A stretch of DNA of 64,000 bases from Mobula hypostoma (taxonomy: Eukaryota), in assembly GCF_963921235.1 (NCBI RefSeq), contig NC_086119.1:48422001-48486000 (forward strand), in the 5' to 3' direction. The position numbers were made by a program, and so were the translations under genes. The notes beneath the pieces were generated by a model. That model was not told where the DNA came from and made no database searches. It saw only the letters and a program-made list of their open reading frames with translations. Shown here in pieces: positions 1-10,449 of the stretch (the stretch's first letter is position 1; each line of letters opens with the position of its first letter).

Positions 1-133
1 CAACCTAAAGGCCACAACGACGCTATAGAATAGGGGTCGGCAACCTTTTTGCCTCTGTGGGCCAGATCACGTATTAATGTGTGGACGGTGGGCCAGATAA
101 TGCCATAAAAAACTTGAAATAGGGGAATTTAAA

Positions 134-1440
134 CGCAAACAACAGGAATTCTGCAGATGCTGGAAATTCAAGCAACATACATCAAAGTTGCTGGTGAACG
201 CAGCAGGCCAAGCAGCATCTATAGGAAGAGGCGCAGTCGACGTTTCAGGCCGAGACCCTTTGTCAGGACTAACTGAAGGAAGAGTGAGTAAGGGATTTGA
301 AAGCTGGAGGGGGAGGGGGAGATGCAAAATGATAGGAGAAGACAGGAGGGGGAGGGATAGAGCTGAGAGCTGGACAGGTGATTGGCAAAAGGGGATACGA
401 GAGGATCATGGGACAGGAGGCCTAGGGAGAAAGACGGGGGGGGGTGACCCAGAGGATGGGCAAGAGGTATATTCAGAGGGACAGAGGGAGAAAAAGGAGA
501 GTGAGAGAAAGAATGTGTGCATAAAAATGAGTAACAGCTGGGGTACGAGGGGGAGGTGGGGCCTAGCGGAAGTTAGAGAAGTCAATGTTCATGCCATCAG
601 GTTGGAGGCTACCCAGATGGAATATAAGGTGTTGTTCCTCCAACCTGAGTGTGGCTTCATCTTTACAGTAGAGGAGGCCGTGGATAGACATGTCAGAATG
701 GGAATGGGATGTGGAATTAAAATGTGTGGCCACTGGGAGATCCTGCTTTCTCTGGCGGACAGAGCGTAGATGTTCAGCAAAGCGGTCTCCCAGTCTGCGT
801 CGGGTCTCACCAATATATAAAAGGCCACATCGGGAGCACCGGACGCAGTATATCACCCCAGTTGACTCACAGGTGAAGTGATGCCTCACCTGGAAGGACT
901 GTTTGGGGCCCTGAATGGTGGTAAGGGAGGAAGTGTAAGGGCATGTGTAGCACTTGTTCCGCTTACACGGATAAGTGCCAGGAGGGAGATCAGTGGGGAG
1001 GGATGGGGGGGACGAATGGACAAGGGAGTTGTGTAGGGAGCGATCCCTGCGGAATGCAGAGAGGGGGGGGAGGGAAAGATGTGCTTAGTGGTGGGATCCC
1101 GTTGGAGGTGGCGGAAGTTACGGAGAATAATATGTTGGACCCGGAGGCTGGTGGGGTGGTAGGTGAGGACCAGGGGAACCCTATTCCTAGTGGGGTGGTG
1201 GGAGGATGGAGTGAGAGCAGATGTACGTGAAATGGAGGAGATGCGTTTAAGAGCAGAGTTGATAGTGGAGGAAGGGAAGCCCCTTTCTTTAAAAAATGAA
1301 GACATCTCCCTCGTCCTAGAATGAAAAGCCTCATCCTGAGAGCAGATGCGGCGGAGACGGAGGAATTGCGAGAAGGGGATGGCGTTTTTGCAAGAGACAG
1401 GGTGAGAAGAGGAATAGTCCAGATAGCTGTGAGAGTATCC
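134..1440 (-). mobile_element. Penelope-like element (Neptune-type), 5'-truncated
   Basis: RT thumb/linker (YLDYSSSHPVSCKNAIPFSQFLRLRRICS, PLVLTYHP) followed by GIY-YIG endonuclease and terminal module; probable TSD ATTTAAA at 127-133 and 1441-1447. Confidence 0.92.
563..889 (-). pseudogene. GIY-YIG endonuclease domain of the Penelope-like element
   Basis: VIYCVRCSRCGLLYIGETRRRLGDRFAEH...VATHFN...EEQHLIFHLGSLQPDGMN matches the PLE GIY-YIG pattern; the upstream part is frameshifted and truncated. Confidence 0.9.
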
Positions 1441-1559
1441 ATTTAAATACATCTAGTTATATTTTGCCTCAAATTAATGAATAACACATGCTAGACAATC
1501 ATTTGTGCTTAACCAAGGATGCCAATTACTAATCAAAGAACTCAGTTTAGTTTTTCTGT

Positions 1560-2157
1560 CCCACCATTGCTGGTGCCCCATCAGCTGTGATGCCAATTAG
1601 CTTCGACACATTAAGTTTTATTTCTGACATCATTTTCAGCAAAGCTCAAAAATGTCTGCCCCAGTAACCGTGTCCTTCATAGGAATTAATTGAATAAACC
1701 CTTCAAAAATTTGAGAAGTTGAGGTCACTCCTCGCACAAACACTGCAAGTTGAGCAGTGTCTCTCAAGTCTGTACTCTCATCAAGCACAATTGAAAAAAA
1801 ATGCAATTCTTCGCAGGCATCCCTTAAACAACTTTTAACATCAGCTGACATTTCTTCAACTCGCTGTGTGATCATTCTTGCTGACAGGCTGATAGATGCA
1901 AATAAAGATTTCTTTTCAGGACAAACAATATCCACCACTGTCAGTAAACATTCTTTGACAAACTCTCCATTTGTAAAAGGCTTCATCTTTTCTGCAATAT
2001 GCTTTGAGACTTCGTGGCTGGCACAGGTATTTCCTTCATTTTCACTGCTTTTTTGGCACTCAGCGTCTACCTTCCTGCGTTTTGCATTCATTGCCATTGG
2101 AATTGTTTTCTTTGATTTTATTTCAAAACGCGAGTTATTTAACAAGTATCGTAGCAC
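1560..2157 (-). pseudogene. hAT transposase fragment (GTF2IRD2/SPIN-like), frameshifted and missing its C-terminus
   Basis: ORF 1636-2157 reads KPFTNGEFVKECL...SLSARMITQRVEEM...FSIVLDESTDLRDTAQLAVFVRG (first catalytic D); DGAPAMV (second D) follows after the stop at 1561-1582. Confidence 0.88.
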
Positions 2158-2672
2158 ATGTAAATATCTGGATATTTAGCGTGGATTCCTTGTTAAAACA
2201 CAGTGATGCTGTTTCTGTTCACAAATTTGAACGATCCCATCTGAAAACCTGCGTGTGCACGGAGAGTATCTAATACATATTAATAGGGTAGTCTGCCTTC
2301 CTGTCATTTGTATATACCAGTGTTTGGTTTGGAACAAAACGGAACCTGGGGCCAGTGTAACAAGACGCCATGCATGTCCATCGGTGTGGTCGTGTGAAAC
2401 ACTCAGAATAAGGAAAAATCACTCGCTGGCCAGATAAGTATAGTATCTCAATATTTGCTCGTGGGCCATAGGTTGCCTACCCCTGTTCTAGAGTCTAATA
2501 CCAGTGTTTGGTTTGGAACAAAACGAACCTGAAGCCAGTGTAACAAGACACCATGTATGTCCATCAGTGCGCATGAAACTCTCAGAATAAGATAAAATCG
2601 CTCGCGGGCCAGATAAGCATAGTATCTCAATATTTGCTCGTGGGCTGTAGGTTGCCTACCCCTGCTATAGAA

Positions 2673-3530
2673 GACAACGATGAAGATGCAACCCACCGAA
2701 GCACTGATGAAAATGCTCCAGGATCTGATGGTAATAGCAACAACATAAATGTAGAGCCCCCGCAGAATGCTGTTGACGAAGTTGAGCTTACAGGCAAAAT
2801 TCTCCTAACATTTAACATCATACAAACGGAAGACATGGGCACTGACCTAACAAAAAGACCCTACATACCAAAATAAAACACATCAAATTTTGCAAAAAAT
2901 CATTAATACTCTCAACAATATTATATTATCGCAGTATTTATGAAAAGTTGCAACACTTGAAGAACTACACAAAGTAACATACTGAGCAGCGTTAACAGCA
3001 GTATGGTGCAATGGCTCCAAAACAGAGATACTCATTAAAAGAAATCCAGAACTACATAATGAAATGAGAACAAATAAGTCCCACGAATTATAGTACAACC
3101 GATCTGTTATTACACATATGACAATCCGTAACAACTGTCTGGATATAATAATACAAAATGAACAAGCAAAAACAACTTACATAATGGATATAGCCATTCC
3201 AAACACACATAACATACAGAATCCAATAAGTAAAAACCACCAGAAATGTGCTGAATTAAAAGAGGAGATTGAAAGACTAAGAATCATGAACTGGGTATGC
3301 ATTGTCCCGATAGTAATATCTGCAACTGATGCCATCCCAAAGTCACTACCTAAATAATATTAAACATATAGGGCTGCACAGTTATATCTATGTAAATCTC
3401 CAGAAAGCCACAATACTAAACACCATTAGAATAGTCCAGAAGTTCCTAGCAATTGAGAAACGAGTGCCCTTGGTTAAGTCCATACCTCAGATTTTGCCAG
3501 CTTGAGCTGAGAAAATAAAATAATTTATAG
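2673..3530 (+). mobile_element. R4/Dong-clade non-LTR retrotransposon relic with restriction-like endonuclease, RT deleted (left part continues at 1-22)
   Basis: IRNNCLDIIIQNEQAKTTYIMDIAIPNTHN...KCAELKEEIERL...VCIVPIVISATDAIPKSL fits a PD-(D/E)xK REL domain of R4-like elements; AT/TAA-rich tail. Confidence 0.75.
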
Positions 3531-3924
3531 TAATAAATGAACAATAAATATTGAGATGAAGAGCACAACATAAATCTGGCTTAACCTTACTGTCTTATGA
3601 TGTGAAATTTGTTGTCTTGTAGCAGCAGTACAGAACAAGGACAGAATTATTATAAATCACAAAATGGATAATAGTGCAAAAGTAATGGGGTAGTGTTAAT
3701 GGACCATTCCGAAACCTGATGTCAGAGTGGAAAAAGTAGGATCTGAATTTTTGAGTGTGGGTCTTCAGATTCCTGCACCCACTCCTTGATGGTAGTAACG
3801 AGAAGAGGGCACGTCCCAGGTGGTGAGGCTCCGTACTGATGGATGCTGCCTTCTGGAAGCAGCGTGTCTCAAAGGTTGGGAAGGCTGTGCCCGTGATGAA
3901 GTTGGCTGGGCCTACCACCCTTTG

Positions 3925-4488
3925 TTGTTGTTCGTCCATCGGCATCGTCGATGAAGACCTCGACACCATTATGATGTTGATGGTGTCGAGACTAGCGCAT
4001 GATTTGGATTTAAGTGAGGGAGAGTTGTGCAGTGTCAGCCTCTCTCTCTCTTCCCAATTCCCATCTGGATCCAGTGGCAAGACAGAGTTGAGACGGCTGG
4101 AGATGGGACTAGGTGCAGTGGATGACCAGGACGTCTTCTGTGTCTTGTCCTGCTCTACACGTTCCACAACGCTTGCAGAGACTGCCTTCTTGACCGTTGG
4201 ACCTTCCATTGATCCAGTCCGCTCAGTCCGCCAGAGTCTGCCTTCACGTGCTGGGATAGACTACTCCCTATCTCATCGAGGGTTTGAGACCTGTCGGCTA
4301 CTCTCACCTGGTTTAGTTGGCTTGTCGAAACCGTTGCCCGGGGTATGGCGACTGTCACATGCAAACAGCTACGGGGAGCCACAGGTGAGAGCTGAGTGTC
4401 AGGTGGGGACCAAAGGTGGACTAACCGCCTTGAAAAGGACGCGACATGTTCCCCCACCAGAGGTACTACGTCTCCCTGACACCCCATT
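3925..4488 (-). mobile_element. Full-length non-autonomous RTE-derived short retroelement (~560 bp)
   Basis: 9-bp TSD CACCCTTTG at 3916-3924 and 4489-4497; (CAA)n tail; second copy at 37490-37980; RTE assignment from recalled similarity to RTE-derived SINE-like elements. Confidence 0.8.
4301..4485 (-). ncRNA. HDV-like self-cleaving ribozyme fold at the 5' end of the RTE-derived element
   Basis: P1 GGGGUGU/AUACCCC, P2 CUCUCACCUG/CAGGUGAGAG, P3 GGC/GCC, L3 beginning UCCCCG, GGGCAAC after P1, P4 hairpin, J4/2 CUAA with putative catalytic C at 4316. Confidence 0.72.
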
Positions 4489-4631
4489 CACCCTTTGCAA
4501 CCTTTTACAATCCTATGCATTGGAAACTCCATGCCAGGCTGTGATGTAACCACATCATACCTCAGTAAAAATTTGCAGGAGTCTTTGGTGACATACCAAA
4601 TATAAGATACTTAAAAGTTAAGTTTATTAAA

Positions 4632-5404
4632 TGTTACATACCTCGTGGGTAGCTTGTAACTGTCTTATGAGCATGATGTAATGGTCTTGTGATGGTGCGG
4701 TAATGTAATTTTCCCACCAGTGTGAGGTCACGTGATAACATGTTCTCAACAGGTATATAACTGGAAGCCCCTGTTGTTACGTAGTTTAGTTCGTTGTTTA
4801 ATTCGTCAGTTAGTCCATTCTGCTGCATATTCGTCTCATGGCGCAGTTTAGTTTTAAAGTGGAGTTTTACTTTCTGTTGTAAGTCTAGTATTGGAGAGTG
4901 AAGATCTTACAAAAGTATGGGAGCCTGAAGGATCGAGTAAAGTTGGTGTCATTTGGCGTTTTCATAAAGGATCGACCTTACTGAATCTTCATGCAGAAAT
5001 AGTGACCTGCATCTGAGGTAACCCCTGTAATATCAGGAAGGTTTTTGCAGTGTTCATTCACCTTGAAAAGGTCAGTTCCTTTAAGCTGTTTTATTTCCTT
5101 CATCATGAATCCTTTCGACAGAATCAGCAGAAAATGTGACGTCTTCGAAGAAATCCGTTTCCAGAGAAGTCTCTCCTTATTGACTGTGTAAATCACTTTA
5201 AGACTGTGTTCAAATTTACCATTTTAAGACTGTGTTCGAATTTACCACTTAAAGAACTGTTCCAGATTTGCCGTATAGCCGCTAACTTCCGGTTAACTTA
5301 GTCGTTTGAATACTTTTCGCTATTGTTGAACAGAGTTTAATAAATGTTTGTTCATTTATAAAACCTGACTCAATTATATATTCATTGTTGCTGGTCACGT
5401 GACA
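4632..5404 (+). mobile_element. Probable solo LTR
   Basis: TGTTAC...GTGACA termini, TATA-like GGTATATAA near 4752, AATAAA at 5339-5344, internal ~26-bp tandem repeat; no clean TSD. Confidence 0.65.
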
Positions 5405-5859
5405 AAATATATTTTAATTTTAAAGAAATCACTGCTTTAATAATTAAAGTGAACTATAATTATTAAAACAATACAATACCTGCTCCTTTGCTGGCCTCCC
5501 CTCTTGCCTTGCAACAACATCCTCATCTCTTGAATTTTTTACCTCTTAGGTAAAGAGACAGGCTTCCTATTTGAAAGGTCCAATCAAAAATAATAATTTA
5601 GCTACAAGGACCCTGTGGAGACTGCAGGGCACGTGTTTACACTACAATACTCTGCTCCTGATTGGCTCACTCCCATTGATCAAATTCTCCTCATCAACCA
5701 AACTGAGGATGTTAACTTGTCAAATATAAAGATTACGCGGAGTGGATCGATCAGTGTGGTCAGGTTGGGCAAAATCCTCAGGAGCAACAAGTGTGGTGAG
5801 CGCCAGTAGGCTGGACAATCAACAGTGTGTTGTGCAGGATCCACATTAAAGGTGGTAAA

Positions 5860-6050
5860 AAAATGTGAGTTCAGCAGTCCAGGCAGCATCTATGGAAAGA
5901 GTAAACAGTCAATGTTCCGGGCCTCTGCCTGAAATGTCAATTGTTCGCACTTTCCTATAGATGCTGCCTGGCCTGCTGAGTTCCTTCAGCCCTTCATCAT
6001 TTTGTGTGTGTCGCTTTGGACTTCATGCATCTGCAGATTTTCTTATGTTT
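5860..6050. repeat. Inverted pair of degenerate Penelope terminal-module fragments
   Basis: CAGGCAGCATCTAT...CAGTCAATGTTCCGGGCC joined to GCCTGAAATGTCAA...ATAGATGCTGCCTGGCCTGCTGAG; mutual reverse complements related to 17511-17591. Confidence 0.7.
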
Positions 6051-6749
6051 AAGAAATACAAGTTAGTTGTTTCTTTTTGTAACATCCCGCTGCCTTTGTT
6101 AACTTACAAGAGGTCTGTTATTTTAATTTGGTGGATACTAAACTAAAGAATATTCAAACTTTGTCCTGAATTAGAGTCTGTGAAAGCCTCACGCATCAAA
6201 CCTTTTCAGGGCACCACTAAATTTGTGATAGGTGCTTTAAATGTGCCTAAACTGCATCCTCAAGCAGCACCATCCAGCCATGTACATCATAAATAAGGCA
6301 CAGCCATTTCTAGAATAAAACAAAGGCAGCACATTATTCAAGTTTATTTCACGCAAATAAATGTAAATTGATTTGTTTATGGGCTGTAGAGCGTTGCGAG
6401 CCGAGGAAAATGGACCCGCTGGAGTCTCTGTCTTTCTCTTTTTATTCTCATCAGGAATGCAAGTCACATTTCACTCACAGCAACAGTCAGCCAATTGGAA
6501 GTGAGCACAATGTACCAACGTACCAATATTATTCCTGTTTCCAGGGGAATAGCAGAAAGCGACACCATTTTTGTGTTTTTACATACAAATTGTTATTCCT
6601 TGAACCATGACGAAGGATATTCAGCAACAATCTGAAAAGATCTATGCACAACAACAAGCAGACTGGATGTCTTGTGCATCATGTTTTAGGAAAGGAGCAT
6701 TTTCCAAAATGATTGCAAATAATATCCCTTACAACTGGAAAATATGACT

Positions 6750-7370
6750 AAAGGAAGACTTGCATTTGTATAGCTTTTTTTATAGCCTTATCTATCCCAA
6801 AGAGGACTACAGCAAATTAAATCATTTTGAAATGTAGTCACCTTGTGATATAGAAAATATGGCTGTTATCGTGTGTGTAGCAGGCTCCTGCTGCATTTCA
6901 AATAGACTTTCCAAATAATTTCACAATGTTATTTTTCCTAAACTGGATCAAACTGGATCTTTTTCGACAAAGAAAATATAACCATTACAAGTGCAAACAC
7001 TGAAAGAGTGAAGGTGCTTTACTTTACGACCTTTCCCAACTGCAGGTCCTCTTACAGCATTTTAAAACCAGTAAAGTGAATCCAGAATCATAAAGGTTGC
7101 ATAACAAAATCATGAAGTGATAACCCAGCTGATCTGTTTGAGGAACATTAGTTCGGGGACACGGTCTGTCCCAGAGATCTGGAAGAGCTCCCCTTTGAAA
7201 CTGCCAGAGGAATTTGCAAGTTCAACTGAGAAGGCAGATGGCGCACTGATTTAGCAGCTCATCCAAAAGACAGTGGTGTATCACTCCCTGATTACAGCAT
7301 TGAGATATTAGCCTGGATTTTGTACTTCAATCTTTGCAGTTTGATTTGAACCAAGTACCATCTGGCCCAA
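6750..7370 (-). mobile_element. Ancient Deu-SINE (SacSINE1/AmnSINE1-like) relic
   Basis: Degenerate CTCATCCAAAAGACAG...CACTCCCT...AGCCTGGATTTTGTACTTCAA...TTGAACC head/body and CTTGCATTTGTATAGC tail; recognised from recall. Confidence 0.55.
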
Positions 7371-8594
7371 CATTCCTTTTAATCAAGTACGATTTCACAA
7401 AAGTTAACGGTTTAGCAATAGATTTTGCAGCTTTGAATAATTAAAATTCATGTCAGGTTGGGACTGGATTTTGAAAATTGGTATTCTGATCAAAAATGTA
7501 TAGAATGAGGTTTTGTTTACACGCCGTGTGAAGACATATGTATGCATTAGAAGGAATGAACATTTTCTAAAATTATATAAAGGTTTGGCATAGGAAGCAA
7601 TAGACCTGACTATAGATAAAATCTTGGTCGATAAATCAGATCATGCCATGCCCAGTTTTAGGTACTATACTAATTTTGGCTTTACTCAAGCTGATTGTGT
7701 AAATTATAATTTCCAAGTGAATTAATGCCAATCTTTAAATTGGATAGATATTGGTCTACACGAGCTGTATGAACATGTTTGAGCACTTTCTGACCTCAGA
7801 TGGAAACCATGCTGATGCAAGTCAGTGCTAGAAGCCCCACACTATAACCATCGTGGAATTAGGAGTTTTCTTGACTGCGTAGAAAGTGCTCTGAGACCTT
7901 GAGAGGTTGTGTGTGATGTGTACTCTCAGGAGTTTGAAACTGCTTGCAGTTTCCACTGCTGTGCCGTCAGTGCAGAGGCGGGCGTGAGTCTTGCACCGTA
8001 CTGCTGCCACAAAATAACAAACTCCATGGCGGGTGCAGTGATGAACAGTAAATTAAGAGATTTGGCCGGGAGGAGGCAAATTCAACGTCACCTTGAGCCC
8101 CATGGAGCGAGCAGTCCAGGCATAACAGTATGGTTACAGACCTGCAGAATGCTGCACACCTTGTCGATAGCCATAGTCTGAAAACCATACCATGCAAATA
8201 CATTGACCTTTAAGGGAGGGCTCTGAGACTAGACTCTTTACTGATTGGCATTTTCTTGCCTCCTGCCCTATGTATATGAACTATCTTATGTATTTATATT
8301 CATTGTGCACTTTTTTAGTATTAATATTGTGATTATCTTTTATGTTTTTTGGCGCTGCATCGGTTCTGGAGTAAGAATGGTTTCCTCCTCCTTACACTTG
8401 TGTACAGGAAATGACGCTAAACAATCTTGAAGACGAATTAAAAATTACTATAAGTTACAAACATAAATAATTAAAGCGTGCAAAATAGGAATAGCAAAGT
8501 GGTGTTCATGGACTGTTCAGAAATCTGAACGCAGAGAGGAAGAACCAATTCCTAAAACATCGAGGCCCCCGTACCTCCTCCCTGACGGTAGGAA

Positions 8595-9148
8595 TATTGG
8601 AGTATTGTGTGCAGTTTTGGTCCCCTAATCTGAGGAAAGACATCTTTGCCATAGAGGGAGTACAAAGAAGGTTCACCAGATTGATTCCTGGGATGGCAGG
8701 TCTTTCATATGAAGAAAGACTGGATGAACTGGGCTTGTACTCGTTGGAATTTAGAAGATTGAGGGGGGATCTGATTGAAAAGTATAAGATCCTAAAGGGA
8801 TTGGACAGGCTCGATGCGGGAAGATTGTTCCCGATGTTGGGGAGGTCTAGAACGAGGGGTCACAGTTTGAGGATAGAGGGGAAGCCTTTTAGGACCGAGG
8901 TTAGGAAAAACTTCTTCACACAGAGAGTGGTGAATCTGTGGAATTCTCTGCCACAGCAAACTGTTGAGGCCAGTTCATTAGCTATGTTTAAAAGGAAGTT
9001 AGATATGGCCCTTGTGGCTACAGGGGTCAGGGGGTATGGAGGGAAGGCTGGGTTCTGAGTTGGATGATCAGCCATGATCATAATAAATGGCGGTGCAGGC
9101 TCGAAGGGCCGAATGGCCTACTCCTGCACCTATTTTCTATGTTTCTAT
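8595..9148 (+). mobile_element. CR1 LINE 3' fragment
   Basis: LEYCVQFWSP...EGVQRRFTRLIPG...LEFRRLRGDLI...RTRGHSL...FFTQRVVNLWNSLP; tail TTCTATGTTTCTATG. Confidence 0.93.
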
Positions 9149-9579
9149 GAATAAGAGCATGTCCCAGAAGGGGTGGGTCCTCAATAATAGATGCCACCTC
9201 CTTGAAGCATTGTCTTTTGAAAATATCCTCAATGGTTGTGGGCGGGGTGGGGGGGGGTGGGTTTCTACAAATAATGTTAGATTAGCCCTACCTTTTTAGT
9301 CCTAATGTTAGTCCTATAACAAAATCTATTATGCTCTCTCAGCATCCCCATCAATGGGTCCCTCTCGCCACCCAACAACCAACGCCTCTATTAAGTTGTT
9401 AAATACTTCCTGGACAAATTACACTACAGAGGAAGGGTGCAGGGGGCATATCAGGGATCCTGGGTGAATGAAACTACAAGACAGCAGATCTAACAGCTGG
9501 CCCGCTGTACTGCATGGTATACCATAAGGACTGCCATTAAGAATCTAGACTCTTCCACCAACAGTTGAAGTTCTATGCA

Positions 9580-10035
9580 GAATCAGAATCACAATCAGAT
9601 CAGAATCAGGTCAGAATCAGGTTTATTATCACTGGCATGTGACGTGAAATTTGTTAACTTAGCAGCAGCAGTTCAATGCAATACATAATCTAGCAAAGGA
9701 AGAGAGAAAAAAAATTATAATAATAAATAAAATAAAGCATAATAATAAATAAACAAGTAAATCAATTATGTATATTGAATAGATTTTTTAAAATGTGCAA
9801 AAACAGAAATACTGTATATTTAAAAAAAGTGTGGTAGTGTCCAAAGCTTCAATGTCCATTTAGGAATCGGATGGCAGAGGGGAAGAAGCTGTTCCTGAAT
9901 CACCGAGTGTGTGCCTTCAGGCTTCTGTATCTCCTACCTAATGGTAACAGTGAGAAAAGGGCATGCCCTGGGTGCTGGAGGTCCTTAATAATGGACGCTG
10001 CCTTTCTGAGACACCGCTCTCTAAAGATGTCCTCA
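9580..10035 (-). mobile_element. Rex1/Babar-like LINE 3' end
   Basis: (CAGAAT)n tail; near-identical to the 3' end of the copy at 62520-62895. Confidence 0.8.
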
Positions 10036-10449
10036 TTGTGCAGATTGTTTAGGATCATGAGAATAATTCCTTAAATTCAATACTATGCTTCAAAAAAGTC
10101 CACATGAATCCTTCAAACTATGTAAGTCTTTGCGGCTAGACACTTGCAGAAGCCAAGACTACCCAGTTGGGTGGATCTGGGAGGCAAACTTTGACTTAAC
10201 TGGCAGATCACAACAGGGTCCATCAGCATCAAAAACATGCAACTTCCAAGACCATGGTGAAAAATGTCATTAGTCACCTGAAGATGAAATTTCATTGCCT
10301 GCATGTCTGGGAGCCTGTAAGATTATGGCTCCCAGCAATTCGAATGACCCTCTCCACTCCAGTCATTACCACCAGTAGAGCCCACTAAATATTAGAAGAT
10401 GGAGTGTAGATAACAGAGAGTAATTCTTGATATCCTGCTCTGCACCTGT

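Larger units (their letters stand above)
31..2664 (-). mobile_element. hAT (Buster/Charlie/SPIN-like) DNA transposon, internally deleted, interrupted by a Penelope-like element
   Basis: Left TIR TAGGGGTCGGCAAC at 31-44, right TIR GTTGCCTACCCCTG at 2651-2664, perfect 8-bp TSD CTATAGAA at 23-30 and 2665-2672; transposase remnant inside. Confidence 0.92.
3580..4600 (-). mobile_element. Rex1/Babar-like LINE 3' fragment interrupted by the 3925-4488 insertion
   Basis: Minus-strand peptide RCFQKAASISTEPHHLGRALFSLLPS...KTHTQKFRSYFF; similar to other copies in the window (e.g. 62481-62672). Confidence 0.75.

Noticed and set aside
188-1230. Plus-strand ORFs over Penelope copies (and equivalents at 16.6-17.7 kb and 27.8-29 kb)
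   Set aside because: Antisense shadows of the element ORF and its low-complexity UTR; they recur only because the repeat recurs.
1636-2157. Domesticated GTF2IRD2/ZBED-type host gene
   Set aside because: Lies between TIRs and a TSD, is disrupted before the second catalytic D and lacks the C-terminal half.
3595-4549. Overlapping 204-aa and 236-aa ORFs
   Set aside because: They cross TSD-defined junctions between a Rex1-like fragment and the non-coding RTE-derived element; chance chimeric frames.
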